The notes beneath the pieces were generated by a model. The model saw only the letters and a program-made list of their open reading frames with translations, ran no database searches and was not told where the DNA came from. Both the position numbers and the translations under genes were made by a program. A DNA stretch of 64,000 bases from Histomonas meleagridis 2922-C6/04-290x (taxonomy: Eukaryota; Protista; Parabasalia), in contig JAANOX010000047.1 of assembly GCA_020184695.1 (NCBI GenBank), positions 393,257 to 457,256 of the forward strand, read 5' to 3'. Numbering within the stretch: position 1 is the stretch's first letter; each line of letters starts with the position of its first letter. Positions 11,121-21,759 of the stretch are shown here, one piece after another.

Positions 11121-12107
11121 ATGGCTGTTTCTTACAAAGAACTCGGTCTTGTTAACTCAAAGGACATCTTCGCTAAAGCTGTTCATGGTGGTTATGCTAT
11201 CCCAGGATATAACTTTTCACAAATGGAACAATTACAAGCCGTTATCACAGCATGCGTTCAAACAGAATCACCAGTTATCCTTCAAATTTCTGCTGGTGCA
11301 CGTAAGTATGCTAATGCCACAATGCTCCGTTATATGGCCCAAGGTGCTGTTGAATATGCTCGTGAAATCCATCCAGAACACAAGCTTATCCCAATTGTTC
11401 TCCACCTTGATCATGGTGATTCATTCGAACTTTGCAAGAGCTGCATTGAAAAGGGCTTCTCATCCGTTATGATTGATGGTTCACATCTTCCATATGATGA
11501 AAATGTTGCCCTCACAAAGAAGGTTGTCGAATTTGCACACTCTCAAAAGGATTATGTCACCGTCGAAGGTGAACTTGGTATCCTTGCTGGTGTTGAAGAT
11601 GATGTCAAAGCTGAACATCACACATACACACGTCCAGAAGAAGTCCAAGACTTTGTTTCCAAGACAGGTGTTGATTCACTTGCTATTGCCATTGGTACAT
11701 CCCATGGTGCATACAAATTCCCACCAGGCACAAAGCCACAAATCCGTCTCGATATCCTCCACGAAGTCGAGAAGAAGCTTCCAGGATTCCCAATTGTTCT
11801 CCACGGCTCATCTTCCATTCCACAAGAATATGTTGAAATGGTTAACAAGTACGGTGGTAAAATGCCAGATGCAGTTGGTATCCCAGAAGATCAACTTCGT
11901 GAAGCATCACGCTCTGCCGTTTGCAAGATCAACATTGATTCTGATGGTCGTATGGTTATGACTGGTACAATCCGTCGCTTATTCGTTGAACATCCAGAAT
12001 GGTTCGACCCACGTCAATACCTTGGCGAAGCACGTACAAAACTTACAGAAATGTACGCACGTAAGAACAGAGAAGTTCTTGGTTCAGCTGGTCACGCTTT
12101 CGACTAA
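11121..12107 (+). CDS. fba: Fructose-1,6-bisphosphate aldolase, class II
   Basis: LHLDHG, SSVMIDGS, VEGELG, LAIAIGTSHG, VLHGSS and KINIDSD motifs. ATG at 11121 follows an Inr-like TCACTT. Codon usage is strongly biased, as expected of a highly expressed gene. Confidence 0.95.
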   Translation: MAVSYKELGLVNSKDIFAKAVHGGYAIPGYNFSQMEQLQAVITACVQTESPVILQISAGARKYANATMLRYMAQGAVEYAREIHPEHKLIPIVLHLDHGDSFELCKSCIEKGFSSVMIDGSHLPYDENVALTKKVVEFAHSQKDYVTVEGELGILAGVEDDVKAEHHTYTRPEEVQDFVSKTGVDSLAIAIGTSHGAYKFPPGTKPQIRLDILHEVEKKLPGFPIVLHGSSSIPQEYVEMVNKYGGKMPDAVGIPEDQLREASRSAVCKINIDSDGRMVMTGTIRRLFVEHPEWFDPRQYLGEARTKLTEMYARKNREVLGSAGHAFD

Positions 12108-12378
12108 ATAAACTAAAGATAAACAATTTTGAAAAAAAATTGTAATTATTTGTGCTTTCTTGGTGTCATATTTGTTACAATTAAAATAAATTTCTGATTT
12201 GGAAATTGCTAAATTGGAAATGAAAAAATTGGATTTGTATAAATGTGTGTGATATAATATAAATGCTTTTTATTCTTTTTATTTGATGATAAGAAAAATA
12301 TTATGAGTGCAGTCCCTTATTTCGATGTTCATGAAGAAGTTTACATTTTTTTGAATACTTTATAACAACTCGTCTAAA

Positions 12379-13800
12379 ATGGAAAAACTCATAGACGAAC
12401 TTGAAAACGGACCATTAACGACAGCAAGTTTTGTTTCTCAAATATTTTCACAAACAGAACAATCGGGTGCATTAGAGAAAATCGATCCTAAAGCTGCACT
12501 TGAATTACTTGTTCAAAGATCAAAACAACTTGAACAGGATTTACGATCTGAGGTATGTGCTAATTCTGATGAACTTTTAGCTAATGCAAGAGATGTAAAA
12601 TTTTTTAGAGATAATGTAACATCACTCAAATCACAAGTTGCTAAAACAAGAAAAGAAGCAGAAACAGTAGCCCTTTCACTTGTTGGTCCATTTAATACTA
12701 TTCAGGAAAATGCGCGAAAATTAAATTCAACTTATGCAACATGCAAAAAGCTTCGTCTCTTATTGTTTTTCCTATCTCGTGTCAAACAGACAAAAGAAAA
12801 ATTTACACTTACCAAAATTACAGGTATCACAAGTGAAATCAAGAAATTATGTGAACTTCAAAAAACAGCGCAAACTGGTGAACTCAACAATATTGAAGTA
12901 TTCCAAAAGTTTTGGCTTCAAAAAAAGCCACTTTGCGATAGTTTAATCCGACTTGCCGATACACAATTTTCGTCTTCAATTGATAAGAACGATATCAGTT
13001 CCTCTACTAATGCTGCATGTGTTTTTGTGCATCTTGGAACTCTCACACAGTTTTCACATTCCTATTATCAAAAATTGATAAAATCATTATGTTCGATTTC
13101 TCGGTCCAAACTCGAAAAGAGCACATCCGAGACCATCTTTGATGTACTTAAGAACGATTTCAAGCAACTTTCTGACACTCTCACCAAAGTTGACACATTA
13201 TTCCAAAGTTGCGTATCAGCCATTCAAAAGTCACCAGATGCTGAAATCACTGATTTTGATGCGTCTCTGATATCACCGCAATCTGCTCTTACAGAATACT
13301 CAAGTAATCTGAGCAAAGTATTGTTAAAAATATCACAACAAAGTCAACCAATTTCATCAGAACTTATAAATCGTATTCCACTCATACGAAATCAATTGTT
13401 ATCTGATGGATTCAAAGACCAACAGTTCCAAATTGTTGTGAATGCGTTCTCCAGTTTCCAGGACGCGTTCATGAAGCAGTCAAAGCAAGAAATGCGGAAG
13501 AACTTCTTTAGTTACTTCTCTCCGAACAGAGGAACAACACCAAATGTGATCGCGCTTTATTGCGAGAGCATACAGAATAAGCTTGCAAAGTTCGACAGTG
13601 AATTACTAATGAAGTTTAAGGCATTGTTAATTCAATTAGCTAACGATTTCGTAAAACTCGCAAAACATGATAATGCTGCTTTAAGAAATCAGGCAGAGAT
13701 GTTCAAGAATGACGTAAAAGCTGGATTAGGAGGTGTGGCTGCAAAGTTATTTGGTAATCAGGCTGCAGATGAAGTGATCGCAGTTCTTGCTGAAAAGTGA
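12379..13800 (+). CDS. COG5: Conserved oligomeric Golgi complex subunit 5-like
   Basis: N-terminal helical pattern (LEQDLRSEVCANSDELL...GPFNTIQENARKLN...KKLRLLLFFL) resembles the COG5 N-terminus. Recognised from memory of the family. Confidence 0.6.
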   Translation: MEKLIDELENGPLTTASFVSQIFSQTEQSGALEKIDPKAALELLVQRSKQLEQDLRSEVCANSDELLANARDVKFFRDNVTSLKSQVAKTRKEAETVALSLVGPFNTIQENARKLNSTYATCKKLRLLLFFLSRVKQTKEKFTLTKITGITSEIKKLCELQKTAQTGELNNIEVFQKFWLQKKPLCDSLIRLADTQFSSSIDKNDISSSTNAACVFVHLGTLTQFSHSYYQKLIKSLCSISRSKLEKSTSETIFDVLKNDFKQLSDTLTKVDTLFQSCVSAIQKSPDAEITDFDASLISPQSALTEYSSNLSKVLLKISQQSQPISSELINRIPLIRNQLLSDGFKDQQFQIVVNAFSSFQDAFMKQSKQEMRKNFFSYFSPNRGTTPNVIALYCESIQNKLAKFDSELLMKFKALLIQLANDFVKLAKHDNAALRNQAEMFKNDVKAGLGGVAAKLFGNQAADEVIAVLAEK

Positions 13801-13957
13801 TGTGTTGTAAATATTCAATTCTGATGATAATGTTGGTTTTATTCAATTTCAATGGAAAAGTGTCGATTTGTGAAAATTGTGATAACGTTTGCGCGGTGTT
13901 AAAAGTTTGTTTTGTGGGTTGACGATACGGGTTTTTCTGTGTGGAAACCTTTGAATT

Positions 13958-14407
13958 ATGGCCAAGTGGGACGTTAATCAAGAAGAGATGCACCCAATAA
14001 GATCTTTCTCAGCAAGATCATCAACAAGTTCCTCTAAAAACGTGACGCCGACTCAAATGATGAGTGACCGTGAATCGAGTGCATCAAGAGATTATTGTGC
14101 TGTAAAACAAACAATCAGAAATCGAGGTATTATGTTTTTCATAGCAATAATTATAGCAATAATACTTAACCCAGATAAACACATTGGAGTGTTTTTAATT
14201 AGGATCGGATTTACTGTTGTATTTATCTTCATCTTATTGAAATTTTCAGTTATGCGCTATCAAATGTACTTTTTCGAGTCATTCGCGATTTCATTTGTTG
14301 TAATTGCAGTAACATATTTTTTTATTACATGTCCATTGAAGAATTTTCTTTTTATTACAGGTGGATGTGCAATTCTTGCAGTTATCTCATTTTTTGTTAA
14401 AATATAA
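13958..14407 (+). CDS. Small membrane protein of unknown function (about four TM helices)
   Basis: 149-aa ORF with a polar N-terminus and hydrophobic C-terminal helices, flanked by AT-rich intergenic DNA. Confidence 0.6.
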   Translation: MAKWDVNQEEMHPIRSFSARSSTSSSKNVTPTQMMSDRESSASRDYCAVKQTIRNRGIMFFIAIIIAIILNPDKHIGVFLIRIGFTVVFIFILLKFSVMRYQMYFFESFAISFVVIAVTYFFITCPLKNFLFITGGCAILAVISFFVKI

Positions 14408-14809
14408 ATAAACAAATATCTTATGGGACATATGTATATTAAACACATAAATTTAACTTACATTTGTGATATGTAAATGCATTGTTTGATTAATTTATTT
14501 ATCAATTTAAAATACATCTAAAATAACTGCTATGATAACCAAATACATCATAATCAAATATGTACCATAACAGTGAATGAATTATAATTTAAAATGTTAT
14601 TTTTTATATATGCAAATTAAGACGAAGAAAAAACTATCTAAAAAAATTTACTTGACTAACATCAGGTTATAAGGCTTAATATACATTTCAATCAATATCT
14701 GAACTCAATAAATTATTTCGAAATGATCTTTAACACAGTAACTTCATGTGACGTATCTTTTTTGTTCCAGCAAATATAATAAAAAGTTTTTATTATTTGA
14801 TTTTACCGC

Positions 14810-15494
14810 TCATAACTCTGCTCCACAATGTGAGCATATTTCTTCATATTTATCCATTTCATCATTAATTTTCTTTAAATCGTTTCGCACAATATCAATT
14901 GCCACTTTTCCCAAGAATAACGTTTCTGGAATTTCTTCTAATTCATTTGCATCGATGATAAGCTGCGCGCCTTTCACATTGTCCTCCCACTTTCTCTTTT
15001 CGCGTGGCGGAAGGGTCTTACGAAGTTCTTCGTAATCATCAATAATTATATCGGCTTGGCCACACTGATCAAAGAATGCGGTCTTAAATGGCCCTGGGGC
15101 AACGCAGCATGTACGAACACCGAAATGTTTGAACTCATCGCGCATTGCAATTGTCATTCCTCGAAGTGCCATTTTATCGGCAGAGTACGTGCCCAACCCA
15201 TAGAAGGAATGAAATGCTGCAATGTATGAAACATTGAAAATAGTACCACTTATTAACAAGAACATCAATATGTCCAAAATGTTCAATAGCTTTAGAAACA
15301 ACTGATCTGATGTTCTCTTCAGAATTGAGGTCAAGAAAAATTGGGAGGAAGTTTTCTGAAACTGAACCAATGGATGAGATTAATTTTTCCGGTGTTCGAG
15401 AGGTTGCAACAACCTTATCACCGCGGGCAAGAAGAAGTTTAACAAGTTCATGACCAATACCTGTTGATGTGCCTGTAACAAGCCATATTTTCAT
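14810..15494 (-). pseudogene. Short-chain dehydrogenase/reductase with internal deletion and frameshift
   Basis: TGTSTGIG Rossmann motif and IDVLVN in one frame; SGTIFN, YSADK (YxxxK) and VAPGPFKT in another. The NNAG...N helix segment expected between them is missing. Confidence 0.75.
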
Positions 15495-15845
15495 CCTGAA
15501 AGGAAATTTATAAATCTATCGTTCAATTTTTTCTATGCTATCGAAAAAATAAATAATAGAAAAATGGCTATCGGATCTTTTGAATTTTTAAACGGTCAAA
15601 TTCATAAAACAACAATACGTTTTCCGAATCGGAAAACAATTGGATTTCTAATTATTTTTCTTATATGGCAAGTAATAAAAATAATAGTAGATCATCAGTG
15701 TATTCATATTTTGATAAAATATTAGTGAACTTTGTAATGATAAACAAAAAAAAAAAAAAAAAAAAAAATGAATAAAATTTGGACTTATCCAAAATTAAAA
15801 AGGTAAAAAATATTCATATCAAATACCTTCTTTTTAGTAAGCATT

Positions 15846-17363
15846 TTAAGTAGTATTATTTCTATCATGCAATAATTTAACTATTTGAGTATTACCTTTT
15901 GAAGTTGCTAACATTAGTGCTGTTTTAAATAATTTAAATGATTCCCAAATTTCATTTTGAAATTTGAAATTGTTAAAATAAATTCCAAATAAAGCAAACA
16001 TATATTCTTAGCATTAATATCAATATCATCTTTACCAAGAAGTAATGTAGTTATTTTTGTTTGATTGTTTGCAACTGCAATCATAAGTGATGTAAAAAAT
16101 AATTTAAATAATTTCCAAATGTTATTTTGAAACATAAAATCATGAAAACAAATTGCAAATAAAGCAAATATATATTCTTAGCATTAATGTCAATTCCGTC
16201 TTTCTCAAGAAGTAATTTGACGATTTCTAAATAGCCTTTTGAAGATGCTAATATAAGTGCTGTAAAGAATAATTTTAATAATTTCCAAATTTTATTTTGA
16301 AATACGAAATTTATATTATAAATTTTAAGTAAAACAAGGAAATGTCTTTAACATTAACATCAATACCTTTTTGTTCAAGAAGCATTTTAACTATTTCTGT
16401 ATGACCATATTCAGATCCTTTAATAAGTGCTGTGAAAAATAATTTTAATAATTTCCAAATATTATTTTGAAATATAAAATTATTAAAATAAATTTCAATT
16501 AAAACAAATAAATACTTTTAGCATTAACATTAATTCCTTTTTGTTCAAGAAGTAACTTAACTATTTCTATATGACCTTTTTCAGATGCTTTTATAAGTGC
16601 TGTATAAAATCCTTGAAATAATTTCCAAATATTATTTTGATACAAGAAATTATTAAAATAAAATTTATATAAAACAAATAAACATCTTTAGCATTAACAT
16701 CAATTCCTTTTTGTGCAAGAAGTAATTTAACTATTTCTATGTAATTTTTTTCAGATGCTTTTACAAGTGCTATATAAAATATTTCAAATAAATCCCAAAC
16801 ATTATTTTGAAATCCAAAATTATTAAAATAAATCATAAATAAAACACATAAATATCTTTGGCATTAATGTCAATTCCTTCTTGTTCAAGAAGTAACTTAA
16901 CAACTCCTGAATGACCATTTTCATATCCATACATAAACGCTGTTTTAAATAATATAAATAATTTCCAAATACAATTTTGAAATAATAAATAAATAAAACA
17001 AATTTTAAATATAACAAATAAATATTTTTAGCAGTAACGTCAATTCCTTTTTGTTCAAGAAGTAATTTAACTATTTCTGTATGACCATTTTCAGATGCAT
17101 GCATAAGTACTGTCCAAAATAATTCAAATAATTTCCAAATATTATTTTGAAACATTAAATTATTAAAATTAATTTTAAATAAAACAAATAAATATCTTTA
17201 GCATTTACATCAATTTTTTTTTGATCAAGAAGTATTTTAACTGTTTCTGTATGACCATTTTCACATGCATAAAAGAGTATTGTTCTAAATAACGTGAATA
17301 ATTTCCAAATTTTATTTTGAAACATAAAATTAATAAAATAAACTATAAATAAAACATTTAAAT
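15846..17363 (-). repeat. Array of nine ankyrin units at an exact 170-nt period (90-nt coding segment + 80-nt AT-rich stretch)
   Basis: The 80-nt stretches occupy 15924-16003, 16094-16173, 16264-16343, 16434-16513, 16604-16683, 16774-16853, 16944-17023, 17114-17193 and 17284-17363. The intervening 90-nt segments are stop-free and encode TAL...IVKLLL.Q.GIDVNAKD. The last segment ends in a TAA at 15846-15848. Confidence 0.93.
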
Positions 17364-18488
17364 ATCTTTAGTATTAATATCAATTTCTTTTTGTTCTAAA
17401 ACATATTTAACAAGTTCAGTATTTTCTGATTCTGATGTAGAAAATAAAATGTCTTTTGGTAATTGATGATCTTTAAGGAAGTATTTAACAAGAAATAGAT
17501 TTCCAATCTTTGCTGATTCACTGATGAAATCTTCGTTAATTTTCATTCCTTCATCAATTAGAAATGAAAGAATTTCATAATTATGATATGTTATACATTT
17601 CTTTCCCAATTGTTCCAAATCTTGAATTTTTTCTAATTTGTTTTCATAAAAATATTTAAAGATATCATTTCGATGAAATTCAATTGCTATTTCATATGTG
17701 TTTTCAAATTTCGAAGAATTTTGTGCACATAAATGAAATATCTCTAAATTTCCACCTGCAATCGCAAATTTACCTGAATCAATTAAATTTGCGCCATTCA
17801 TAATTAAATACTTAAAACATTTAACTGATCCAAAAAATGCAGCAAAATCAACTAATGTAACATTTTTTTGATTTATAAATGTACTTCGTTCATAAAGTGA
17901 TGGCTCAATTGTTTGATTAAAATCAAAATTCGTTTGTGATGTTATTTCTTGAAGTTTTTCAACTTCATCATTTCTAATCATTTTCGAGATTTCATTTGGA
18001 TTTTCTCCTTCTTTAATTAATTGTTTATGAAGTTCAGAATCATCCTTTAGTGTTTCTTTATAATTACTCATATTGACATTATAATAAAACTTGGAATATT
18101 CGAAGTCTGGTCTGTCGAAAAATGACTTTAAATAATTATATTCGTTCATCTTATGTAAAATGTAACTTGATTCAGATGTGCGCTTTTTGGCAAGATAATT
18201 CGCAAATATATTAAGTACTTTTGAAGAAATTTTATTGTTCTCTTCAAATGTTTCAATTGTATTTAGTAATTTAAAATATAGATCTATATCATTCAATCTC
18301 GTAAGAAGTTTAAAATATATCATTTGACTTATAACTATATTGAAGGTAATCGGATGAATATAATCAAATTTTTGAATCAGTGAATTTATTGATTGATTAT
18401 AATTTTTTGAGTTCAAACCAAAAATTATTTGCTTGATTGACATAAGTATTTCCCATTCGTTTTGAGTTTTTTGATTTGCTTTTTCCAT
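17358..18488 (-). CDS. Ankyrin-repeat protein of the trichomonad DUF3447-type family (uninterrupted 5' ORF)
   Basis: LVDFAAFFGSVKCFKYL, AIAGGNLEIFHL and AIEFHRNDIFKY segments typical of the family. The ORF stops at ...DINTKDI-TAA immediately before the repeat array. ATG at 18488. Confidence 0.85.
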   Translation of the reverse strand: MEKANQKTQNEWEILMSIKQIIFGLNSKNYNQSINSLIQKFDYIHPITFNIVISQMIYFKLLTRLNDIDLYFKLLNTIETFEENNKISSKVLNIFANYLAKKRTSESSYILHKMNEYNYLKSFFDRPDFEYSKFYYNVNMSNYKETLKDDSELHKQLIKEGENPNEISKMIRNDEVEKLQEITSQTNFDFNQTIEPSLYERSTFINQKNVTLVDFAAFFGSVKCFKYLIMNGANLIDSGKFAIAGGNLEIFHLCAQNSSKFENTYEIAIEFHRNDIFKYFYENKLEKIQDLEQLGKKCITYHNYEILSFLIDEGMKINEDFISESAKIGNLFLVKYFLKDHQLPKDILFSTSESENTELVKYVLEQKEIDINTKDI

Positions 18489-18945
18489 TTGTGTGTGTTT
18501 TATAAAAATGCCAGTCAACACACTTTTGTTGGAACAAATTTGTCAAAATATAACTGCTAAATTATATCAAAAAGTGGATTTTAATCTGCTAAAAAGTTCA
18601 AAAAGTCATATCGATTAACGTTCACTAATCATTATTTTCAATGGGTTTTTCTGCAATGCATGTGGCATATATTATTTGTTGCTTATATCACCAATCAATA
18701 TTTTCAACATAGATTTAAGTATTTATATAAATAATTTTTTTGGGAATGCAAAACGATTAATCTCAAAATGAATTTTTTGTCAAAATGCATTAATGAAAAA
18801 AATGAATTAAATAAAAAGAAAGTGAATATTTTTGAAATAAAGAAACTTCTTAAATCTCAATTTCAATGAAAAAGAACGAAGTCAAAAACTTATTTATTTT
18901 GTCCATGTTCATGTGCGCCAATAAACAACATTTATATTTTGTTAT

Positions 18946-21624
18946 TCAAAATATTATTCTTAAAATGAAATTCACTACGAAAAGGGGTATAGTAAATACA
19001 AATGATGTTAACCATTGCATTGGTTCTAGCCAAGCTAAATGAAGTACATTTCCTATTTGTCTAACACATGTGAAACAAGCCAACAATGAAATGCTGATGA
19101 CGATGAACACTGCCAATTTAATACTTTTATATCCACTACCCGAAACAGCATCAATTGCATTCATAATATAAACTCCTAACAAAGTTACAGCAGATAATGT
19201 TGCTGGGACGTCATCTATAAACAATGATTTCATTGAATTTCTTTTGCCGAATAAAATTGATTGATATGGAATTTGGAGACCGTTAGAATCAAATGAATAA
19301 TAATACAGGGCTGCCCCAAAAGCCGATACGCCGCCAACGATACCCGAAACGACAAACCGTATGACACTTTTTGCCAAAAAGTTCTTTGTTTTCTTCTTTG
19401 TCATGTAAACATTTGAAGCGATACATTGAGTAAATGGAAGAGTTAATAAACTTAAAACGAGTATAACAGAAGATGAGAACTTACATTGAATACCAATAAT
19501 TCCATAAATCAAGTAATTAACGATTTGTGCGATTCCACACGATAAAATAAATCTTAAACAAGCGATTGAAGTTAATTTTGTTGATCTTGAGAACATTGCA
19601 GCCTTTGATATCGAATTCAACGAGTTATTCTTCAGTATCATTGAAGAGACGCCTCTAATGCATTCGTTACTATTACTTAAAGTAATTCCTACATCAGAAG
19701 ATCTTAATGCAGAGATATCATCAACATTTGTTGAAACGAATCCAACGAATTCATTGTTTTCTTTAAGATGATTTATAAGTTCGATTTTTTCGGCTGAAGA
19801 AAATCCGCAAAAAACATTTTTTTGTTTGATAATATTTTTCTTTTCTTCATTGCTCATTTTAGACCATTGTTTATCATTAATAATATCATCCTTTGGAAAA
19901 CGTAACATTTCGGAGTACATTGAAGTTATCTCTTCGTCTTCATTCGATATTAAAATTGTTTTAATGTCGGAACTCTTACATAGTTCGATTGATGAAAGTG
20001 CGTCCTTTCGAAGTAAGTTCGATATTGCAATACCTGAAATCCATACATGATTTCCATTATTATTCTCTTTGTAAGAAATTCCTTTTGGTATAAATTGTTT
20101 TGCCCAAATGTTTGAGCATAAATATTCAAGTTTCTTTCTGAGTTCATTCGAAATTAGTTTTTCTTCACCAGTTTCATCATCAACATAATATTTACATTTG
20201 TTTAAAACTTTCTGATAATTTCCGATTTTATATATATTATTATCACATTTAAATACAATTTTGTTTTCATTGTTTACAATTACTTCGGTTTCTTTGTTAC
20301 GTTTTATTGATGTCCAAGCTTTTAGAAGTTGAATGTTTGGATCTTTATCGAAAACTTTATGCATTAATTTATTTGCGAATATTTGTAACGAAGGAATTCG
20401 TTTATTAGATGAAGTAATTACAAAATTATTTTCATTGTATATAATTCCTGGTTGATCGATAAGCATTAAAGATATTATTAATTTTTCAATTGCTTTACGT
20501 GAATTTAAATCAGTACATTCTTCATCATTTTGTGTAATTCTCCCATTTAGTTGATATCCTTTGTTTTCAACATGAAATAAATCAACAAGTTCATTAGAAA
20601 TGGTTGAAAATTGATTAACTGTTAATATGTCAGATGCTAATGTTGAAAATAAATCATAACAAAGAACAGATACATTTCCAATTGTATCAATGGAATGCGT
20701 GTCAATAACTATTGTATTGTTCTTTGACATTTCATGTGACGCAATAATTTGTGAATTACGTAAATATAATGAAAGATTCTCTGGAATAGAAACAATGGCT
20801 AATGCAAGAGAAAGACGAAATATGATTAAAAGAGTTTTTGTGTCTTTCGGATTTTGAACGTTTAAAAGGAAAATCAAAAAACATAAAACGATGATTAAAA
20901 TGGATGATATTTTGCTAAAGTTATTAAGTTGTGAAATAAGACGTTTCCCAGATGGAGTGGAACGAACTGAAATTGTTTTGAAGTCTTTCATTGAGGAAAC
21001 TTTGATAACAAGACATTGAAGATTTCCTTTCAAAATAGAAGAACCTGCAATGATTTCCCCTTCTCGGTTGGTGGAGGTTGTAAGCTGTGAGTTTTCATCA
21101 AGAGTTTCGTATTCAACAGTTGGTGAATTGACATTTAAGATTAAAAGACCTGCTGGTGCACGGTTGCCAGAACTTAACTCAATGATGTCTCCACAAACAA
21201 GATCTTCACCATTGACATTTGTGATGTGATTGTTTCGGTGAACTTTGAAAGTTTGTGATAAATATTTAAATGTTTCTTTTTTAAGATTTCTGTTTTTATG
21301 CTCAAAGTATATTGATATAAAGGCTGTTATCATAAGAGAAATTAAAATAATCAATGGCTCGACGTAATATTCAAAGTTAAATTTAGGGTTGATATTATTA
21401 ATAATCGAATAGTATGCAACAAAGGCTGAGCAAAGAAGGCCAATCACAGTTGTGTTCTTGAATTGGCTTAAAATTAAGCGAAAAATATTTTTTGATGTTG
21501 TTATTTTCATGCAATTGTTGCCAAAATTTTGTCGATTAGCTTTTATTCTTTCATTTGGAAGTCCTGTTTTTGGATGACTTCCATATTTACTTAGTTGTTC
21601 TTCTACGTATTTCCCATAATCCAT
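18946..21624 (-). CDS. P-type ATPase fold protein (type IIA/SERCA-like) with degenerate catalytic motifs
   Basis: Overall P-type topology (N-terminal GLPNERIKANRQNFGNN, GDII, IPENL in TM4, C-terminal TMs). DKTGT is replaced by DLFST, TGD by SNE and GDGVND by STNVDD. Confidence 0.8.
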   Translation of the reverse strand: MDYGKYVEEQLSKYGSHPKTGLPNERIKANRQNFGNNCMKITTSKNIFRLILSQFKNTTVIGLLCSAFVAYYSIINNINPKFNFEYYVEPLIILISLMITAFISIYFEHKNRNLKKETFKYLSQTFKVHRNNHITNVNGEDLVCGDIIELSSGNRAPAGLLILNVNSPTVEYETLDENSQLTTSTNREGEIIAGSSILKGNLQCLVIKVSSMKDFKTISVRSTPSGKRLISQLNNFSKISSILIIVLCFLIFLLNVQNPKDTKTLLIIFRLSLALAIVSIPENLSLYLRNSQIIASHEMSKNNTIVIDTHSIDTIGNVSVLCYDLFSTLASDILTVNQFSTISNELVDLFHVENKGYQLNGRITQNDEECTDLNSRKAIEKLIISLMLIDQPGIIYNENNFVITSSNKRIPSLQIFANKLMHKVFDKDPNIQLLKAWTSIKRNKETEVIVNNENKIVFKCDNNIYKIGNYQKVLNKCKYYVDDETGEEKLISNELRKKLEYLCSNIWAKQFIPKGISYKENNNGNHVWISGIAISNLLRKDALSSIELCKSSDIKTILISNEDEEITSMYSEMLRFPKDDIINDKQWSKMSNEEKKNIIKQKNVFCGFSSAEKIELINHLKENNEFVGFVSTNVDDISALRSSDVGITLSNSNECIRGVSSMILKNNSLNSISKAAMFSRSTKLTSIACLRFILSCGIAQIVNYLIYGIIGIQCKFSSSVILVLSLLTLPFTQCIASNVYMTKKKTKNFLAKSVIRFVVSGIVGGVSAFGAALYYYSFDSNGLQIPYQSILFGKRNSMKSLFIDDVPATLSAVTLLGVYIMNAIDAVSGSGYKSIKLAVFIVISISLLACFTCVRQIGNVLHLAWLEPMQWLTSFVFTIPLFVVNFILRIIF

Positions 21625-21759
21625 TTTGCTGGTTGACTTTTTGGTATGTTATTCTAACGGCTTATAAAAGCGCGCGATTTGTCATGTCTAAATTGAGAAA
21701 GAAACGATTCTAACCGACTATTTTAATTTTTGAAACAAATTGACATTGGCAAATAATTT

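Noticed and set aside
11104-11961. ORFs 11104..11472, 11473..11961 and 11618..11848
   Set aside because: Shadows caused by the strong codon bias of the aldolase gene.
15746-15768. Long poly-A run as a retroposition tail
   Set aside because: No adjacent processed gene in the matching orientation and no flanking duplication; long A/T runs are common throughout the window.
15914-17155. Short ORFs 15914..16135, 16591..16836 and 16823..17155 as independent genes
   Set aside because: They are chance read-throughs of single array units and include translated insert sequence.
15924-17363. Canonical GT-AG splicing of the ankyrin inserts using the GT/GC at position 9 and the AG in ACAG
   Set aside because: This removes 76 nt and shifts the frame, leaves the TAA of the first unit in place, and two units have ACAA or ACAT instead of an AG.
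15924-17363. Single matched-codon ribosomal hop of 68 nt (T4 gene 60 style)
   Set aside because: The take-off codon would be ATT/ATA/GTT, but the codons 68 nt downstream are ACG, GAA, ATA, GAA, CAA and AAA, so they generally do not match.
15846-17363. CRISPR array interpretation of the 170-nt periodicity
   Set aside because: Both parts of the unit are homologous between copies, one part encodes ankyrin repeats, no cas genes are present and the DNA is eukaryotic.
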